From Macrostomum hystrix (taxonomy: Eukaryota; Animalia; Platyhelminthes), in the NCBI GenBank assembly GCA_950097015.1, contig CATNEN010000024.1, positions 4,154,001 through 4,218,000 of the forward strand: DNA of 64,000 bases. Direction: 5' to 3'. Each line of letters begins with the position of its first letter. Within the stretch, counting starts at the first letter, position 1. The notes under the pieces were generated by a model. That model did not search any database. It was not told where the DNA came from and saw only the letters and a program-made list of their open reading frames with translations. A program made the position numbers and the translations under genes. This document shows positions 31,501-44,235 of this stretch, in pieces.

Positions 31501-34500
31501 TGACAAATCCCCACTCATGGAAGCTTCTGAATGACCAAACCCACTCATCGTAGCTTCTGAATGACCAAACCCACTCATCGTAGCTTCTGAATGACCAACC
31601 CCACTCATCGTAGCTTCTGAATGACCAAACCCACTCATCGTAGCTTCTGAATGACCAAACCCCACTCATCGTAGCTTCTGAATGACCAACCCCCAATCAT
31701 CGTAGCTTCTGAATGACCAAACCCCACTCATCGTAGCTTCTGAATGACCAAACCCACTCATTGTAGCTTCTGAATGACCAAACCCCACTCATTGTAGCTT
31801 CTGAATGACGAATCCCCACTCATGGAAGCTTCTGAATGACCAAACCCACTCATCGTAGCTTCTGAATGACCAACCCCCACTCATCGTAGCTTCTGAATGA
31901 CCAAACCCACTCATCGTAGCTTCTGAATGACCAACCCCACTCATCGTAGCTTCTGAATGACCAACCCCACTCATCGTAGCTTCTGAATGACCAACCCCAC
32001 TCATGGAAGCTTCTGAATGACCAAACCCACTCATCGTAGCTTCTGAATGACCAAACCCCACTCATCGTAGCTTCTGAATGACCAAACCCACTCATCGTAG
32101 CTTCTGAATGACCAAACCCCACTCATCGTAGCTTCTGAATGACCAAACCCCAATCATCGTAGCTTCTGAATGACCAACCCCCACTCATCGTAGCTTCTGA
32201 ATGAACAAACCCCACTCATTGTAGCTTCTGAATGACCAAACCCACTCATCGTAGCTTCTGAATGAACAAACCCCACTCATCGTAGCTTCTGAATGACCAA
32301 ACCCACTCATCGTAGCTTCTGAATGACCAAACCCCACTCATCGTAGCTTCTGAATGACCAACCCCACTCATCGTAGCTTCTGAATGACCAAACCCACTCA
32401 TCGTAGCTTCTGAATGACCAAACCCACTCATCGTAGCTTCTGAATGACCAACCCCCACTCATCTGTAGCTTCTGAATGACCAACCCCCACTCATCGTAGC
32501 TTCTGAATGACCAAACCCCACTCATCGTAGCTTCTGAATGACCAAACCCCACTCATTGTAGCTTCTGAATGACAAACCCCACTCATTGTAAGCTTCTGAT
32601 GACCAAACCACTCATCGTAGCTTCTGAATGACCAAACCCCACTCATTGTAGCTTCTGAATGACCAAACCCCACTCATTGTAGCTTCTGAATGACCAAACC
32701 CCACTCATTGTAGCTTCTGAATGACCAAAACCCACTCATCGTAGCTTCTGAATGACCAACCCCCAATCATCGTAGCTTCTGAATGACCAAACCCACTCAT
32801 CGTAGCTTCTGAATGACCAACCCCCAATCATCGTAGCTTCTGAATGACCAACACCCACTCATCGTAGCTTCTGAATGACCAAAACCCCACTCATCGTAGC
32901 TTCTGAATGACCAAACCCCACTCATTGTAGCTTCTGAATGACAAAACCCACTCATCGTAGCTTCTGAATGACCAACCCCCCAATCATCGTAGCTTCTGAA
33001 TGACCAACCCCCACTCATCGTAGCTTCTGAATGACCAAACCCACTCATCGTAGCTTCTGAATGACCAAACCCCCACTCATCGTAGCTTCTGAATGACCAA
33101 ACCCACTCATCGTAGCTTCTGAATGACCAACCCCCAATCATCGTAGCTTCTGAATGACCAAACCCACTCATCGTAGCTTCTGAATGACCAAACCCACTCA
33201 TCGTAGCTTCTGAATGACCAAACCCACTCATCGTAGCTTCTGAATGACGAATCCCCACTCATCGTAGCTTCTGAATGACCAACCCCCAATCATCGTAGCT
33301 TCTGAATGATCAACACCCACTCATCGTAGCTTCTGAATGACCAAACCCACTCATTGTAGCTTCTGAATGACCAAACCCACTCATTGTAGCTTCTGAATGA
33401 CCAAACCCCACTCATTGTAGCTTCTGAATGACGAATCCCCACTCATGGAAGCTTCTGAATGACCAAACCCACTCATCGTAGCTTCTGAATGACCAACCCC
33501 CACTCATCGTAGCTTCTGAATGACCAAACCCACTCATCGTAGCTTCTGAATGACCAACCCCCACTCATCGTAGCTTCTGAATGACCAAACCCCACTCATT
33601 GTAGCTTCTGAATGACAAATCCCCACTCATGGAAGCTTCTGAATGACCAAACCCACTCATCGTAGTTTCTGAATGACCAACCCCCAATCATCGTAGCTTC
33701 TGAATGACCAAACCCACTCATCGTAGCTTCTGAATGACCAAACCCACTCATCGTAGCTTCTGAATGACCAAACCCACTCATCGTAGCTTCTGAATGACCA
33801 ACCCCCAATCATCGTAGCTTCTGAATGACCAAACCCACTCATCGTAGCTTCTGAATGACCAAACCCACTCATCGTAGCTTCTGAATGACCAAACCCACTC
33901 ATTGTAGCTTCTGAATGACCAAACCCACTCATTGTAGCTTCTGAATGACCAACCCCCAATCATCGTAGCTTCTGAATGACCAACCCCCACTCATCGTAGC
34001 TTCTGAATGACCAAACCCACTCATTGTAGCTTCTGAATGACCAAACCCACTCATTGTAGCTTCTGAATGACCAAACCCCACTCATTGTAGCTTCTGAATG
34101 ACGAATCCCCACTCATGGAAGCTTCTGAATGACCAAACCCACTCATCGTAGCTTCTGAATGACCAACCCCCACTCATCGTAGCTTCTGAATGACCAAACC
34201 CACTCATCGTAGCTTCTGAATGACCAACCCCCACTCATCGTAGCTTCTGAATGACCAACCCCCAATCATCGTAGCTTCTGAATGACCAACCCCCACTCAT
34301 CGTAGCTTCTGAATGACCAAACCCCACTCATTGTAGCTTCTGAATGACCAAACCCCACTCATTGTAGCTTCTGAATGACAAATCCCCACTCATGGAAGCT
34401 TCTGAATGACCAAACCCACTCATCGTAGCTTCTGAATGACCAAACCCACTCATCGTAGTTTCTGAATGACCAAACCCACTCATCGTAGCTTCTGAATGAC

Positions 34501-34893
34501 CAAACCCACTCATCGTAGCTTCTGAATGACCAACCCCCAATCATCGTAGCTTCTGAATGACCAACCCCCACTCATCGTAGCTTCTGAATGACCAAACCCC
34601 ACTCATTGTAGCTTCTGAATGACCAAACCCCACTCATTGTAGCTTCTGAATGACCAACCCCCACTCATCGTAGCTTCTGAATGACCAAACCCCACTCATT
34701 GTAGCTTCTGAATGACTAAACCCCACTCATTGTAGCTTTTGAATGACAAATCCCCACTCATGGAAGCTTCGGAATGACCAACACCCACTCATTGTAGCTT
34801 CTGAATGACCAAACCCACTCATCGTAGCTTCTGAATGACCAAACCCACTCATCGTAGCTTCTGAATGACCAAACCCCACTCATTGTAGCTTTT
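28506..34893. repeat. 6.4-kb 30/31-bp satellite CACTCATCGTAGCTTCTGAATGACCAAACC(C) between the convergent 3' ends of WDR47 and MRPS10
   Basis: About 210 units. Identical translated blocks 737 bp apart (ORFs at 28726 vs 29463 and 28817 vs 29554) show block duplication. Confidence 0.96.
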
Positions 34894-35062
34894 AAACGAC
34901 CAAGCCCGTCTGTACATTAAAAAAATGACAATAAATGTATTGTATTAAAACAGAAGTTTTTGTAAATGGAATTTAGCTAGCAAAAACTATGACGAGCATA
35001 CAGGATTATTATTTAGCTTCATTGATAAAGCAACAGAGTCTGTAGCGACAAAAACGATGTAG

Positions 35063-35869
35063 TTATGCTTTTTTACTACTATCAGTAGTGGTAACAGTGT
35101 CGTTTCCATTAAGCTTGTGAATAAACTCCGTGAGCGGCTCCAAGCGCTCTTTGCGCACCTGCATAGCCATACCTTCAGGCAGGTTGCGTTGAATATATTC
35201 TAAAAATACACTGGCTGTGCTACCAGTCAGCTGGTTAAAGTACAGAGTCTTGCAATAGGTCCGGAACTCGTATTGCCGCATGTGCTTCTTGTGCACAAAT
35301 GGCGATCGATTGAGAGTCAGGCGGACAAAATGTGGCCGATTGCGATCTTCAACCCGCATTGGCAGGTTGAGCTCCAGGCTGACCATTGAGACGAATTTTT
35401 CGTAGCTGTCCATGACAGCTGGATCGTGGCCTTTCAACAGAATCTCCATTTTGTCAATCAGGTCATCAACTTCGCGCTGCTGATCAACAGTGACCTGAAG
35501 TTTACAGGTTTTTAAACAGCAAGATAAATTAGGACTGATGACAGCGCAGTGACACAAAGATGTCGCCAGCTTATGGCTTATAACTTAATATAAGTAGCAA
35601 AAACTAGTAAATCTAAGATAGCAACTAAACAACAAGTTTGCTTACATGTTTAACAGCAGTGCTAGTTGAAAAAGAAGCCCTATTCACAGCATTGTGAGTA
35701 GCAGGACTTGGTCTAAAAATGTTTATTCTGAAATTGTAGATTGTTAGCTTGTAAACTTGAACTAAAAATACACGAAATAACCCAATAAACATAAACAAAT
35801 ATAATTTTGCGCGTACCCAATTCCTGGTAGAAGATTCTGTCCAAATTTAAATAGCCTCATTGAAAACAT
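35063..35869 (-). CDS. MRPS10: Mitochondrial small-subunit ribosomal protein S10 (uS10m), 3 exons, ~183 aa
   Basis: Exons 35869-35817, 35712-35646 and 35494-35063 (phases 2 and 0, GT-AG). The N-terminus MFSMRLFKFGQNLLPGIGPSPATHNAVNRASFSTS resembles a targeting peptide. The S10 core is EILLKGHDPAVMDSYEKFV...TLNRSPFVHKKHMRQYEFRTY...STASVFLEYIQRNLPEGMAMQV. The start could be the second ATG at 35860. Confidence 0.93.
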
Positions 35870-38599
35870 TATCTGAAAAATCAAACAGTCGGTAGTATGC
35901 AGCATTTAAATTCATAATATGATTTAAAATAGGGTGCATACACAAGTAAGCCATAATTAAGAATAATAGTAGCTACATCAATAATGTATATTGTACTGAG
36001 ATACATAGAGCATAAATTTGCTTACACAACATGTAATTCAAACAAAAAACATACATGTTTGTTGCTGGTAGATAAAAATTTAACAGAATGGAGTGCAAAT
36101 AGCTAAATATTTCAAAATCTATTACTATGCCAACTGAATTGCAAATGTGAATTTTTATTTCAGCTTCTATGAGGAGTTCTATGACAATTTATAATAAATG
36201 AAATTTCTTTACAGTGCCTACAATTGAAACTCTTAATACCCTGCTATGGCATTGGGGACTTAAGTTCTTAAGATTCCAATGCCGGATGCATGTTATGGGG
36301 TGGTAGTTTCACCCCAAACCTGTTAATTCTTAGGAAATGCTTGAATTCTCATTGGCTACAGCCTACCAGGCTTTGCAACTCCAGTACCTCATTGGTACTC
36401 TGGCTTCAACTTTCTATATATATTGAAAGCAAAAACAACAAGCTTTTTATTTTTTCTTTAATTACATTTGTAATCATGTCAGTCTGCAAAAGCAACCTCA
36501 ACTCTGGTTAAATATTTCACTATATAATGGTAATGCACTTACAGCAATGTGACACCTGCGTGACACAAAGTTGAACATTGCAACAAAATTGTGCCTAGCA
36601 GAGAATAGTATATGGTAGAGAGCAAACTACATATCTTAACCTATTGCATTTCTCTGAGTTAGGCCTATATAGAGGGCCTATCCAGTATCCATTGAAAATA
36701 ACACACATGATTTAAGACTTGCTACAGAGGTTATGGGAGGATATAATATTTTTTGTTACAGATATAAATATAGATATGTAAAGGGCTACAGAAAAAAATT
36801 TTAGATACAGATATGGAAAAATTTTGGCTATTGTGAAACTTAAATTTTTAAGTCTACAGCTTCTTTTCTAGGTTATCAACATTGTATAGAGCAAAGCACT
36901 GAAAGCAAAAATATAGTTTTCAACAAAAGCGCCAAACAAAGTAACTAGGTCGGACTAGGTAATATAGACAAAAAAGAAAATAACTGGCTAGACTTAGCAA
37001 ACATGGCTTTAGTTCAGCACTATGCTTATCTTAAAAAAACGAATTACTAAAATAGACATAGTTCATTTAATAGTAGCCAAAAAACTAGTTTCACCGATGG
37101 CTAAACAAGCTTGTAATCGTTGTAGTTAGTTCACTTAAAGATAATCTTTGGGTATAAGTCGTTATTTACAAATATATCTAATGCTATTGAATTGCCACGG
37201 CCCACAGCAAAAAATGTTGCCCGTCGTCATCTTGTCATTTTACCAATGAAGGCAAGCTAAACATAATGGAAAACTGTGAGCAATAGTTTAAACGTAGAAA
37301 TGCAATATTATTAATATAAAACTTAAAGCCTTCTACATGAATTAATTTAAACTCTAGCCACGAGCGAGCCCAACTGTTTTAGTAGGCCTAATATTGTGCT
37401 AGAATTTCCGAGAAACATTTGTGAATTCTGCGTTTGAATTTCTACTTTATCGAGGAAAAACACAATATTTTAGCTTACCGTTAGCTTTAAGTACATTGCA
37501 TGTGAATAATTAAAAATATGAGCGATTTGTGCACCCTTAAAGTCATTTTTAAAGATTTAAGGGTGCAAAATTCCCAGTAGTGCTGATAGAAATATTCCTA
37601 GAAAATCCACTTTTCGTTTTAACTGTTTAACAAGCTTCAGGTTACCAAACTTTTGTCAAGTCATGTGTTTTTTTTCATAATGTTTTATTAATTTAGCCGA
37701 AAATATTAATAACATGAGGGCAAAACGACTTGTACTCTTTCGGAATTCGGAAACTAAAAACCACAAGTTTTTGTTGATTAGCTGTTGTTTGGCAATCAAA
37801 ATAGCCACGACCAAAATCTAAATGTTCATGCTATCTTAGGCATATGCGATAACAATCTCACAAAATTTTAGGGCCTTCCCATCATGTATTTTTTTAACAC
37901 AAAAACATGCTTTATATATTTCTATATAAAAACCAACGTAGAGACAGTAAAGTTAGCTAGGCCAAAAAAATTATATAGACCATGTTTTACTTTCTAGCAG
38001 AATTATATTTGTAATTATTTTTGCCTAATTGCTAGAATGGTTGGTCATCCAACCTGCATTGTTCCTGTAACAATCATTCATACAATAGCATCATCCAGAT
38101 GATCGTATGTGAAAAGTGCATCAAGCCAAAGCCATCAACCATCACCATGGACAATTAAACTAGTCAGTACAACAGTTTGGTGCCCAAAAAACTGGCAAAA
38201 TGGTGGTCCATGAAAACATCAAAATAGACTGCAACAGACTATAGCAGACCATAATTGACCATGACCTCAAAACAGCACTCTTGATAGTAAAGCCCAGAAA
38301 AAACCCAGAGATGGTAGAGACCTAATTAAAACATATACTGTTGACTGTTAGAGTTCATATTGTACCACACTTTTTAAAGACACGAATTCAATTAATCAAT
38401 TAGTCATTAGGCTCTAGTCAATTAATCAATTAGTCATTTTTCCTTTTTTGTCAATAATCTCCATTGTGGTTAAACTTATAAGAAAACTTGCTATTCAGTT
38501 GCTATCTTAGAATTACTAGTTTATCTACATTTCTTATTAACATTAGCCTTATGTTAGCTTAACTTCTTTAAGCATCTTTGATTCTTTGTACTATATTCT

Positions 38600-39680
38600 A
38601 ATCTAGAGCAAGAGCAAAGAAATGGTTTTGAGGCTCATCAGCTTGATATCATAATCTACTCAAAGGTCTTTCTGGCACTACTTTAGCTTTTGCTACTTTA
38701 TGCAATGATCTCAACTCTTAGTACCTAAATAACCAGCTTAGTTTGCAAAGCTTCTAGCTTGGCCTCCTTATGTAGCAGATTTAGTAGCATATAAAGTGGA
38801 AGTTTTGCATGCCAGCCAAAGGTTTAGCCTTTGGTACCAGCCTTCTACTTCATTGATAGTTTGGACAATCTAGCAAAATACACTGATATCTACCTTTCTC
38901 AGAACAGGATACAAAATGCAAGTCTCACTTTCTAAGAATACAACTGTCTGTACAATATAGCCTAGATGCCACTGAATGTCCCAGAGGATGAAAAAATCTT
39001 GCTGTGATTTACTTATGGAAAGGTTCATTTAATAGACAGTAACTATTAGCCATTATAAGTACCAAAAGAAGCTTTGTGTCATGAACATATAGAACCTAAA
39101 GACATGTACTTACTAGACATTTAGGCAAACAGAATAGGCACTTGTTTGATGCTGTTGTCTTTGCAAATGTAACAATGAATTAAGTACATTTGTGTGAATG
39201 GCTCCTTGACAACATGGAAGGTTCCATTCATGAACCAGACTGCAGAATATACTGCTGCAGCAACAAACCTTGATCACTGCTAAGAAACAACAAGTGATAT
39301 CTTCCTGTCCACTCAATGTGAATGTCCTCAAATATAAACCTTTCTGGGATATGAGCCCTGTCCATTTGAAAATGCAGGTCCACTGTATCACAGGGATGCT
39401 GTGATACAATAATTGACAATACAATTAACAATAACAATAACAATAACAATTTTAGCTAGCTTTATGATGGATGGCTTTTTAGGGACACCATCAGGCCCCC
39501 TTCCAATTTGAAGGTAAATTTCTACAATTGCTTGAGCAGGTGAAAAGCAGTTCTTCTTTGCTTCCTTTGTGACTTCTTTTTGTCTTGTAGCTACTGCAAA
39601 ACTGGTTTCAATCATGAGGCATTCTATTCCAGAACTCACTTGCTTGTATTGCAGTTCAAGGACATATGATGGCACCACTG
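38600..39680 (-). pseudogene. Degraded MULE/Mutator-type DNA transposase relic
   Basis: Fragments occur in order but are broken by stops and frameshifts: KEAKKNCFSPAQAIVE; HIPERFIFEDIHIE..RYHLLFLSSDQ; WFMNGTFHVVKEPFTQMYLIHCYI..IKQVPILFA* (the WxxDGTF motif with D>N); ISVFC*IVQTINEVEGWYQRLN (cf. RTNNxVEGWH); LPLYMLLNLLHKEAKL. No TIRs were located. Confidence 0.8.
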
Positions 39681-39782
39681 TGCTATCTCTAGTGGGTTAC
39701 ACAAGTCTGATTGTAGTTACAACTAAGATTATACTCTGATCCTTGCACAACTTGTAGCAAAATGTCTTTACATCTTTGACTG

Positions 39783-40083
39783 CATACATGCGCAACACCC
39801 GGCCAACCCAGCTGAACCGGCCGGTTGAAACGAGGGCCAAGCAAGGTAAGTCGCAAAAACCAATCAACCAAGTGCAAAAAAATCAAAGGGGGGCCCAAGG
39901 GACAAAAAAGGAAGGCGTGAAGAAGAGGAAAAGGGGAGAGAAAAATAGAGCAAATGAGAGCAAACTAAGTCATAAATAGAGCAATGAAATGAACTAAGTT
40001 GCAACTGAGAGCAAACTAAGTCGTAAATAGAGCAAAAACTAAGTCGCACGACTGGCTAAGATTTGGGAGGTTGCACATGTATG
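39783..40083 (+). mobile_element. hAT-type MITE, copy 1 (301 bp), 14-bp TIR CATACATGYGCAAC, 8-bp TSD TTTGACTG
   Basis: TSD TTTGACTG at 39775-39782 and 40084-40091. Termini are CATACATGCGCAAC and GTTGCACATGTATG. An 8-bp TSD is characteristic of hAT elements. Confidence 0.88.
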
Positions 40084-40492
40084 TTTGACTGGCACAAGGC
40101 AGCAACTGAAAGAAGCTGTTGACATCATGCAGAGGAGGAGGTTGCACAGGTAGTTCAGATAGCAATTCCTCTAGTCAGCATAAAGTTCTTGGGCATTATC
40201 AACTAACTATTGGTAAATATAGATTTAGAAAATATACATTTTAGCTAGTCATAGATGATTTTTTTGCAGTTTTGATCTTTTCACTATTTAAAATGTAACA
40301 GGAAATAAAAACTTTATTGCTTTGGTACCTAGAGATTACCTATAGCAGCTTAACTAATTTACCTTTGGTAATTTACTGTAAGTTTAACCATAATGGAGAT
40401 TATTGACAAAATTGGCCAATGTAGATTTTATGCCAGTATGCATTATGTATGTGCCTATTGTCTATGATGTAAATACTGTAATAATAGCATAT

Positions 40493-40742
40493 CATACATG
40501 TGCAACCTCCCAAATCCTTGCCGGCCGTGCGACTTAGTTTTTGCTCTATTTACGACTTAGTTTGCTCTCATTTGCTCTCTTTTTCTCTCCCCTTTTTCCT
40601 TTTCTTCATGCCTTCCTTTTTTGTCCCTTGGTCCCCCCTTTGATTTTTTGCACTTGGTTGATTGGTTTTTGCGACTTACCTTGCTTGGCCCTCGTTTCAC
40701 CCAGCCAGTTCAGCCAGGTCGGCCGGGTGTTGTGCATGTATG
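40493..40742 (-). mobile_element. hAT-type MITE, copy 2 (250 bp), inverted relative to copy 1, 8-bp TSD TAGCATAT
   Basis: TSD TAGCATAT at 40485-40492 and 40743-40750. The body is the reverse complement of copy 1 minus a ~50-bp internal duplication. Confidence 0.88.
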
Positions 40743-41120
40743 TAGCATATTGCTCATCATATTACTGAAATACAACTTCTGTAAAACTATGTCAACACAC
40801 TATTGTTAAAGAAATAAAGTAGAAAAATGTATATTAAAAAGTTTTTATTAACAATGTAACAGTCACATTTAGCCTAAAAACTAATATTTTTATATTCACA
40901 GCCAAAAAAATATTTTATTAGCTCACCAGTGAGCCCAAATTATAAGCTTTCAGTAAAATGGTAAACAGTTAGGCATATAATAACATATAATATATTGCAA
41001 TTCCAGTGCATCAAACTGAACTCTGCATGCCAGCAATTCCAGACTCAAATTATCAGTTAACCAGTTCAATATTATTTCAGCAGGGGGCTATAGTTAAGCT
41101 GCATAACATAGGCAAGCAGC

Positions 41121-42029
41121 ATGACCAGCAATAGGGATCGCGATGCTAACCTGGACTGGCTATCTAAGCCGCTACTTGAGCACGCACAAAAAGTGCTGAG
41201 TAAGGATTTGAACAAATCTGGCCAGCGCCTCTACGATCATTGGTGCCGTCGCACTCGCAAGGAGTGCTTCATGGCTAACTATCAGAACGAATTCTTCAGG
41301 GCATCCTATTGCATCAATAGACTGACCACTTCAGCTAGGTCCTACATTCAGGCTGTAGATAAGATTAGCGCCGATGTGCCACAGTTTATGCAATTTATTC
41401 GCTCAGTTAGGCACGTTGTCAGCATTGGCTGCGGCCCAGGCTCGGATGTACTCGGCCTACTAAGTTTCCTGGGCTGTGGACAGCAGCAGCAGCAGCAGCA
41501 GCAACTTGTATTCTACATGCTTGACCAGTGCGAAGACTGGGCCGACTATGTAAATGCGTTGGATAATCATCTTGTTGACACCGGCTCCTCGCTGTGGTTC
41601 AAGCAGCTGCGCTTTAAAGACATAGGCCACGAGGCGTGGCTGCCGCCGGCTGATATGATTGTATTTAGCTTCGCTAACACCGCCCTGATGGATCCGCAGC
41701 TCTGGCCTCTGCTAGTTCGCCGCTACCAACTAGTACTTGTGCTGGACAGTGTGCGAGAGACGCTTAAAGACGAATACGATGACTGCAAGTTCAACTCGTT
41801 CCAGTTGAACGATCGCACTCGTTGCTACTTTCATCTGGCCGGCTATTCGTCCAAAAATTCGGCCAATCCAGCGCCAGAATCTTCCGGCGAAGTTGGCGAC
41901 GACGGACCGTCGAATTCGCCGCCGCAGTCGCCAATGTCGGAGCCTCCGCCGCAGCCGGAGTCGTCGGACGCGCCAGCACAGAGTGTTGAGACTGATGCTG
42001 CGGCTGAGATGGCTGGAGATACTGCTTAA
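41121..42029 (+). CDS. Intronless class I SAM-dependent methyltransferase-like protein (302 aa), substrate unknown
   Basis: Non-repetitive, GC-rich ORF in AT-rich surroundings. It has motif I VVSIGCGPGSD, an acidic motif II (FYMLDQCEDW) and DMIVFSFA, plus a short polyQ and a Pro/Ser/acidic tail typical of this genome's exons. Confidence 0.7.
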   Translation: MTSNRDRDANLDWLSKPLLEHAQKVLSKDLNKSGQRLYDHWCRRTRKECFMANYQNEFFRASYCINRLTTSARSYIQAVDKISADVPQFMQFIRSVRHVVSIGCGPGSDVLGLLSFLGCGQQQQQQQQLVFYMLDQCEDWADYVNALDNHLVDTGSSLWFKQLRFKDIGHEAWLPPADMIVFSFANTALMDPQLWPLLVRRYQLVLVLDSVRETLKDEYDDCKFNSFQLNDRTRCYFHLAGYSSKNSANPAPESSGEVGDDGPSNSPPQSPMSEPPPQPESSDAPAQSVETDAAAEMAGDTA

Positions 42030-42604
42030 CAAGCTACTACATTCTACGGAGGCAATTAGGGTTCACCTAGGAATGGACAAGGCATTGATCCACTTTCTTG
42101 CGATATAAAAGTTCCTGTCGAAAAAGTCTTGCGCTAGGCCTCCTACTATAAGTAGATGGTTACAAATGTATTCTTCAGGATAATATGCTCGCATGCTTGT
42201 GTAGGAGGAATCGGCTTTCTATTTCAAACAATTTTATTAGGCGGGCTTTCAATTCTATTGTCTCCTGAATTATCGTGTTCGTTATCATTTCATTTCAAGC
42301 ATCTGACTAAGACCTATCGCTTAGCGCGCCATCGAGCAAATGTCGAGATTCAGCAACTGCATATTGAATCAGATAATCTGATTTGTTTTAATTGTCTACT
42401 CTAGAAGACCAGCTTATGTATCATCTTGTTAACTGTTAACTGATAGTAGCCGTTTGCAACCGTTTTTTTAGTATTTCATCTTTGTCAAATATGCCATCTC
42501 TAAATGCTTTTTGTATTCTGTGATCAGAGTGCTTATCTGCGTCCACACTAGATGTAACTCATTTTTTCCAAAGCGTTTCCGTTACATCTACATCCACCTT
42601 TATT

Positions 42605-43160
42605 CCCCCCATCCGCCCTCATTTCCTCCCCCGCCCCCATTTCTTCCGCATGCGCCACCATTTCCTTTCCATCCGCCCTGATTTCCTCCCCCGCCCCCAT
42701 TTCTTCCGCATGCGCCACCATTTCCTCTCCATCCGCCCTGATTTCCTCCCCCGCCCCCATTTCCTCCGCATCCGCCACCATTTCCTTTCCATCCGCCCTG
42801 ATTTCCTCCCCCGCCCCCATTTCTTCCGCATGCGCCACAATTTCCTTTCCATTCGCCCTGATTTCCTCCCCCGCCCCCCATTTCCTCCGCATCCGCCACC
42901 ATTTCCTCTCCATCCGCCCTGATTTCCTCCCACCCGCCCCCATTTCCTTTCCATCCGCCCTGATTTCCTCCCCCGCCACCATTTTCTTCGCATCCGCCAC
43001 CATTTCCTCTCCATCCGCCCTGATTTCCTCCCACCCGCCCCCATTTCTTCCGCATGCGCCACCATTTCCTCTCCATCCGCCCCCATTTCCTCTCCATCCG
43101 CCCCCATTTCCTCTCCATCCGCCCCCATTTCCTCTCCATCCGCCCCCATTTCCTTTCCAC
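42605..43160. repeat. C-rich 60-bp repeat built from ~20/21-bp subunits (CCATTTCCTCTCCATCCGCCC)
   Basis: Period 60 at 42661, 42721, 42781 and 42841, resolving into 21-mers at 43060-43155. Confidence 0.92.
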
Positions 43161-43854
43161 CGCCTTAATTCGGCCCTCTTTGCAACGCTCTCGGCATCAC
43201 GATTTCAGTGTCAAAAGTGTTTATTTTACGGTGTCAACAGTCTAGCTTCAATTATTTTTACAACGGAAACCTTTTAAAAAGAATCAGAGAATAATATACT
43301 AGTATATAGCAAGGAATTAAATCGAAGCCAGAAAGTTTTTTCAGCTTTCAGTATCTGTACTGAATAAATAGACTACTTTGTTCCTAGCTATTTCTGCTCC
43401 TCCTGTCTGTCTGTTTTTGCTGTTGTTAATTATATTCAGCGCTTGTCTTGACTAATTGCAAACGTGTGCTCAATGAAGCGTTTCTCGCTTTTCTCGTATT
43501 TCTAAAATTTCAAATATAAGAAATATGTTCTATTTCTTTTATTTAAAAATAACAAACGTGAGTTTTTGAGCCTAGAATATAAAGATGCGTACAATTCGGG
43601 ATTATACGAGTAATTGCCGTCTCTTGTGTTTGTATTGCCTGATAGTTTCGAGTTAAACATAGCATGCACTTCGCAGAACGTGTGCAAAAATTGCTTTAAT
43701 ATTAATTTGAAAGCGATTTCGAGTGTAGGCTCGTATATATACAATTCATTTCCCTATCAGAATCAAATAATGATTAAAAGTATCTCAACTTTATGTGAAA
43801 TCTTTGTGAAAACAGTAATGGGATATTTTAGGCAATGATCATTTAGGAATTAGT

Positions 43855-44235
43855 GTTGGGACAAGTCATTTATGGGATCTTGTAGTGACAGGTCATTTAT
43901 GGGATCTTGTAGTGACAGGTCATTTATGGGATCTTGTAGTGACAGGTCATTTATGGGATCTTGCAGGGGACAGGTCATTTAAGGGATCATTTATTGACTG
44001 GTCATTTATTGGATCTTGCAGGGGACAGGTCATTCTTGGGATCTTGTAGTGACAGGTCATTTAAGGGATCATTTATTGACTGGTCATTTATTGGATCCTG
44101 CTGGGGACAGGTCATTTTTGGGATCTTGTAGTGACAGGTCATTTATGGGGTCTTGTAGTGACAGGTCATTTATGGGGTCTTGTAGTGACACGTCATTTAT
44201 GGGATCTTGCAGGGGACAGGTCATTTATGGTAGCT
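43855..44235. repeat. 27-bp minisatellite GACAGGTCATTTATGGGATCTTGTAGT
   Basis: Period 27 read directly, with diverged units. Confidence 0.9.

Noticed and set aside
28506-34893. CRISPR-like regularly repeated ~30-bp units (also the palindromic 22-mer at 46845 and the 50-mer at 48974)
   Set aside because: Units are head-to-tail with no unique spacers, there are no cas genes, and the context is eukaryotic.
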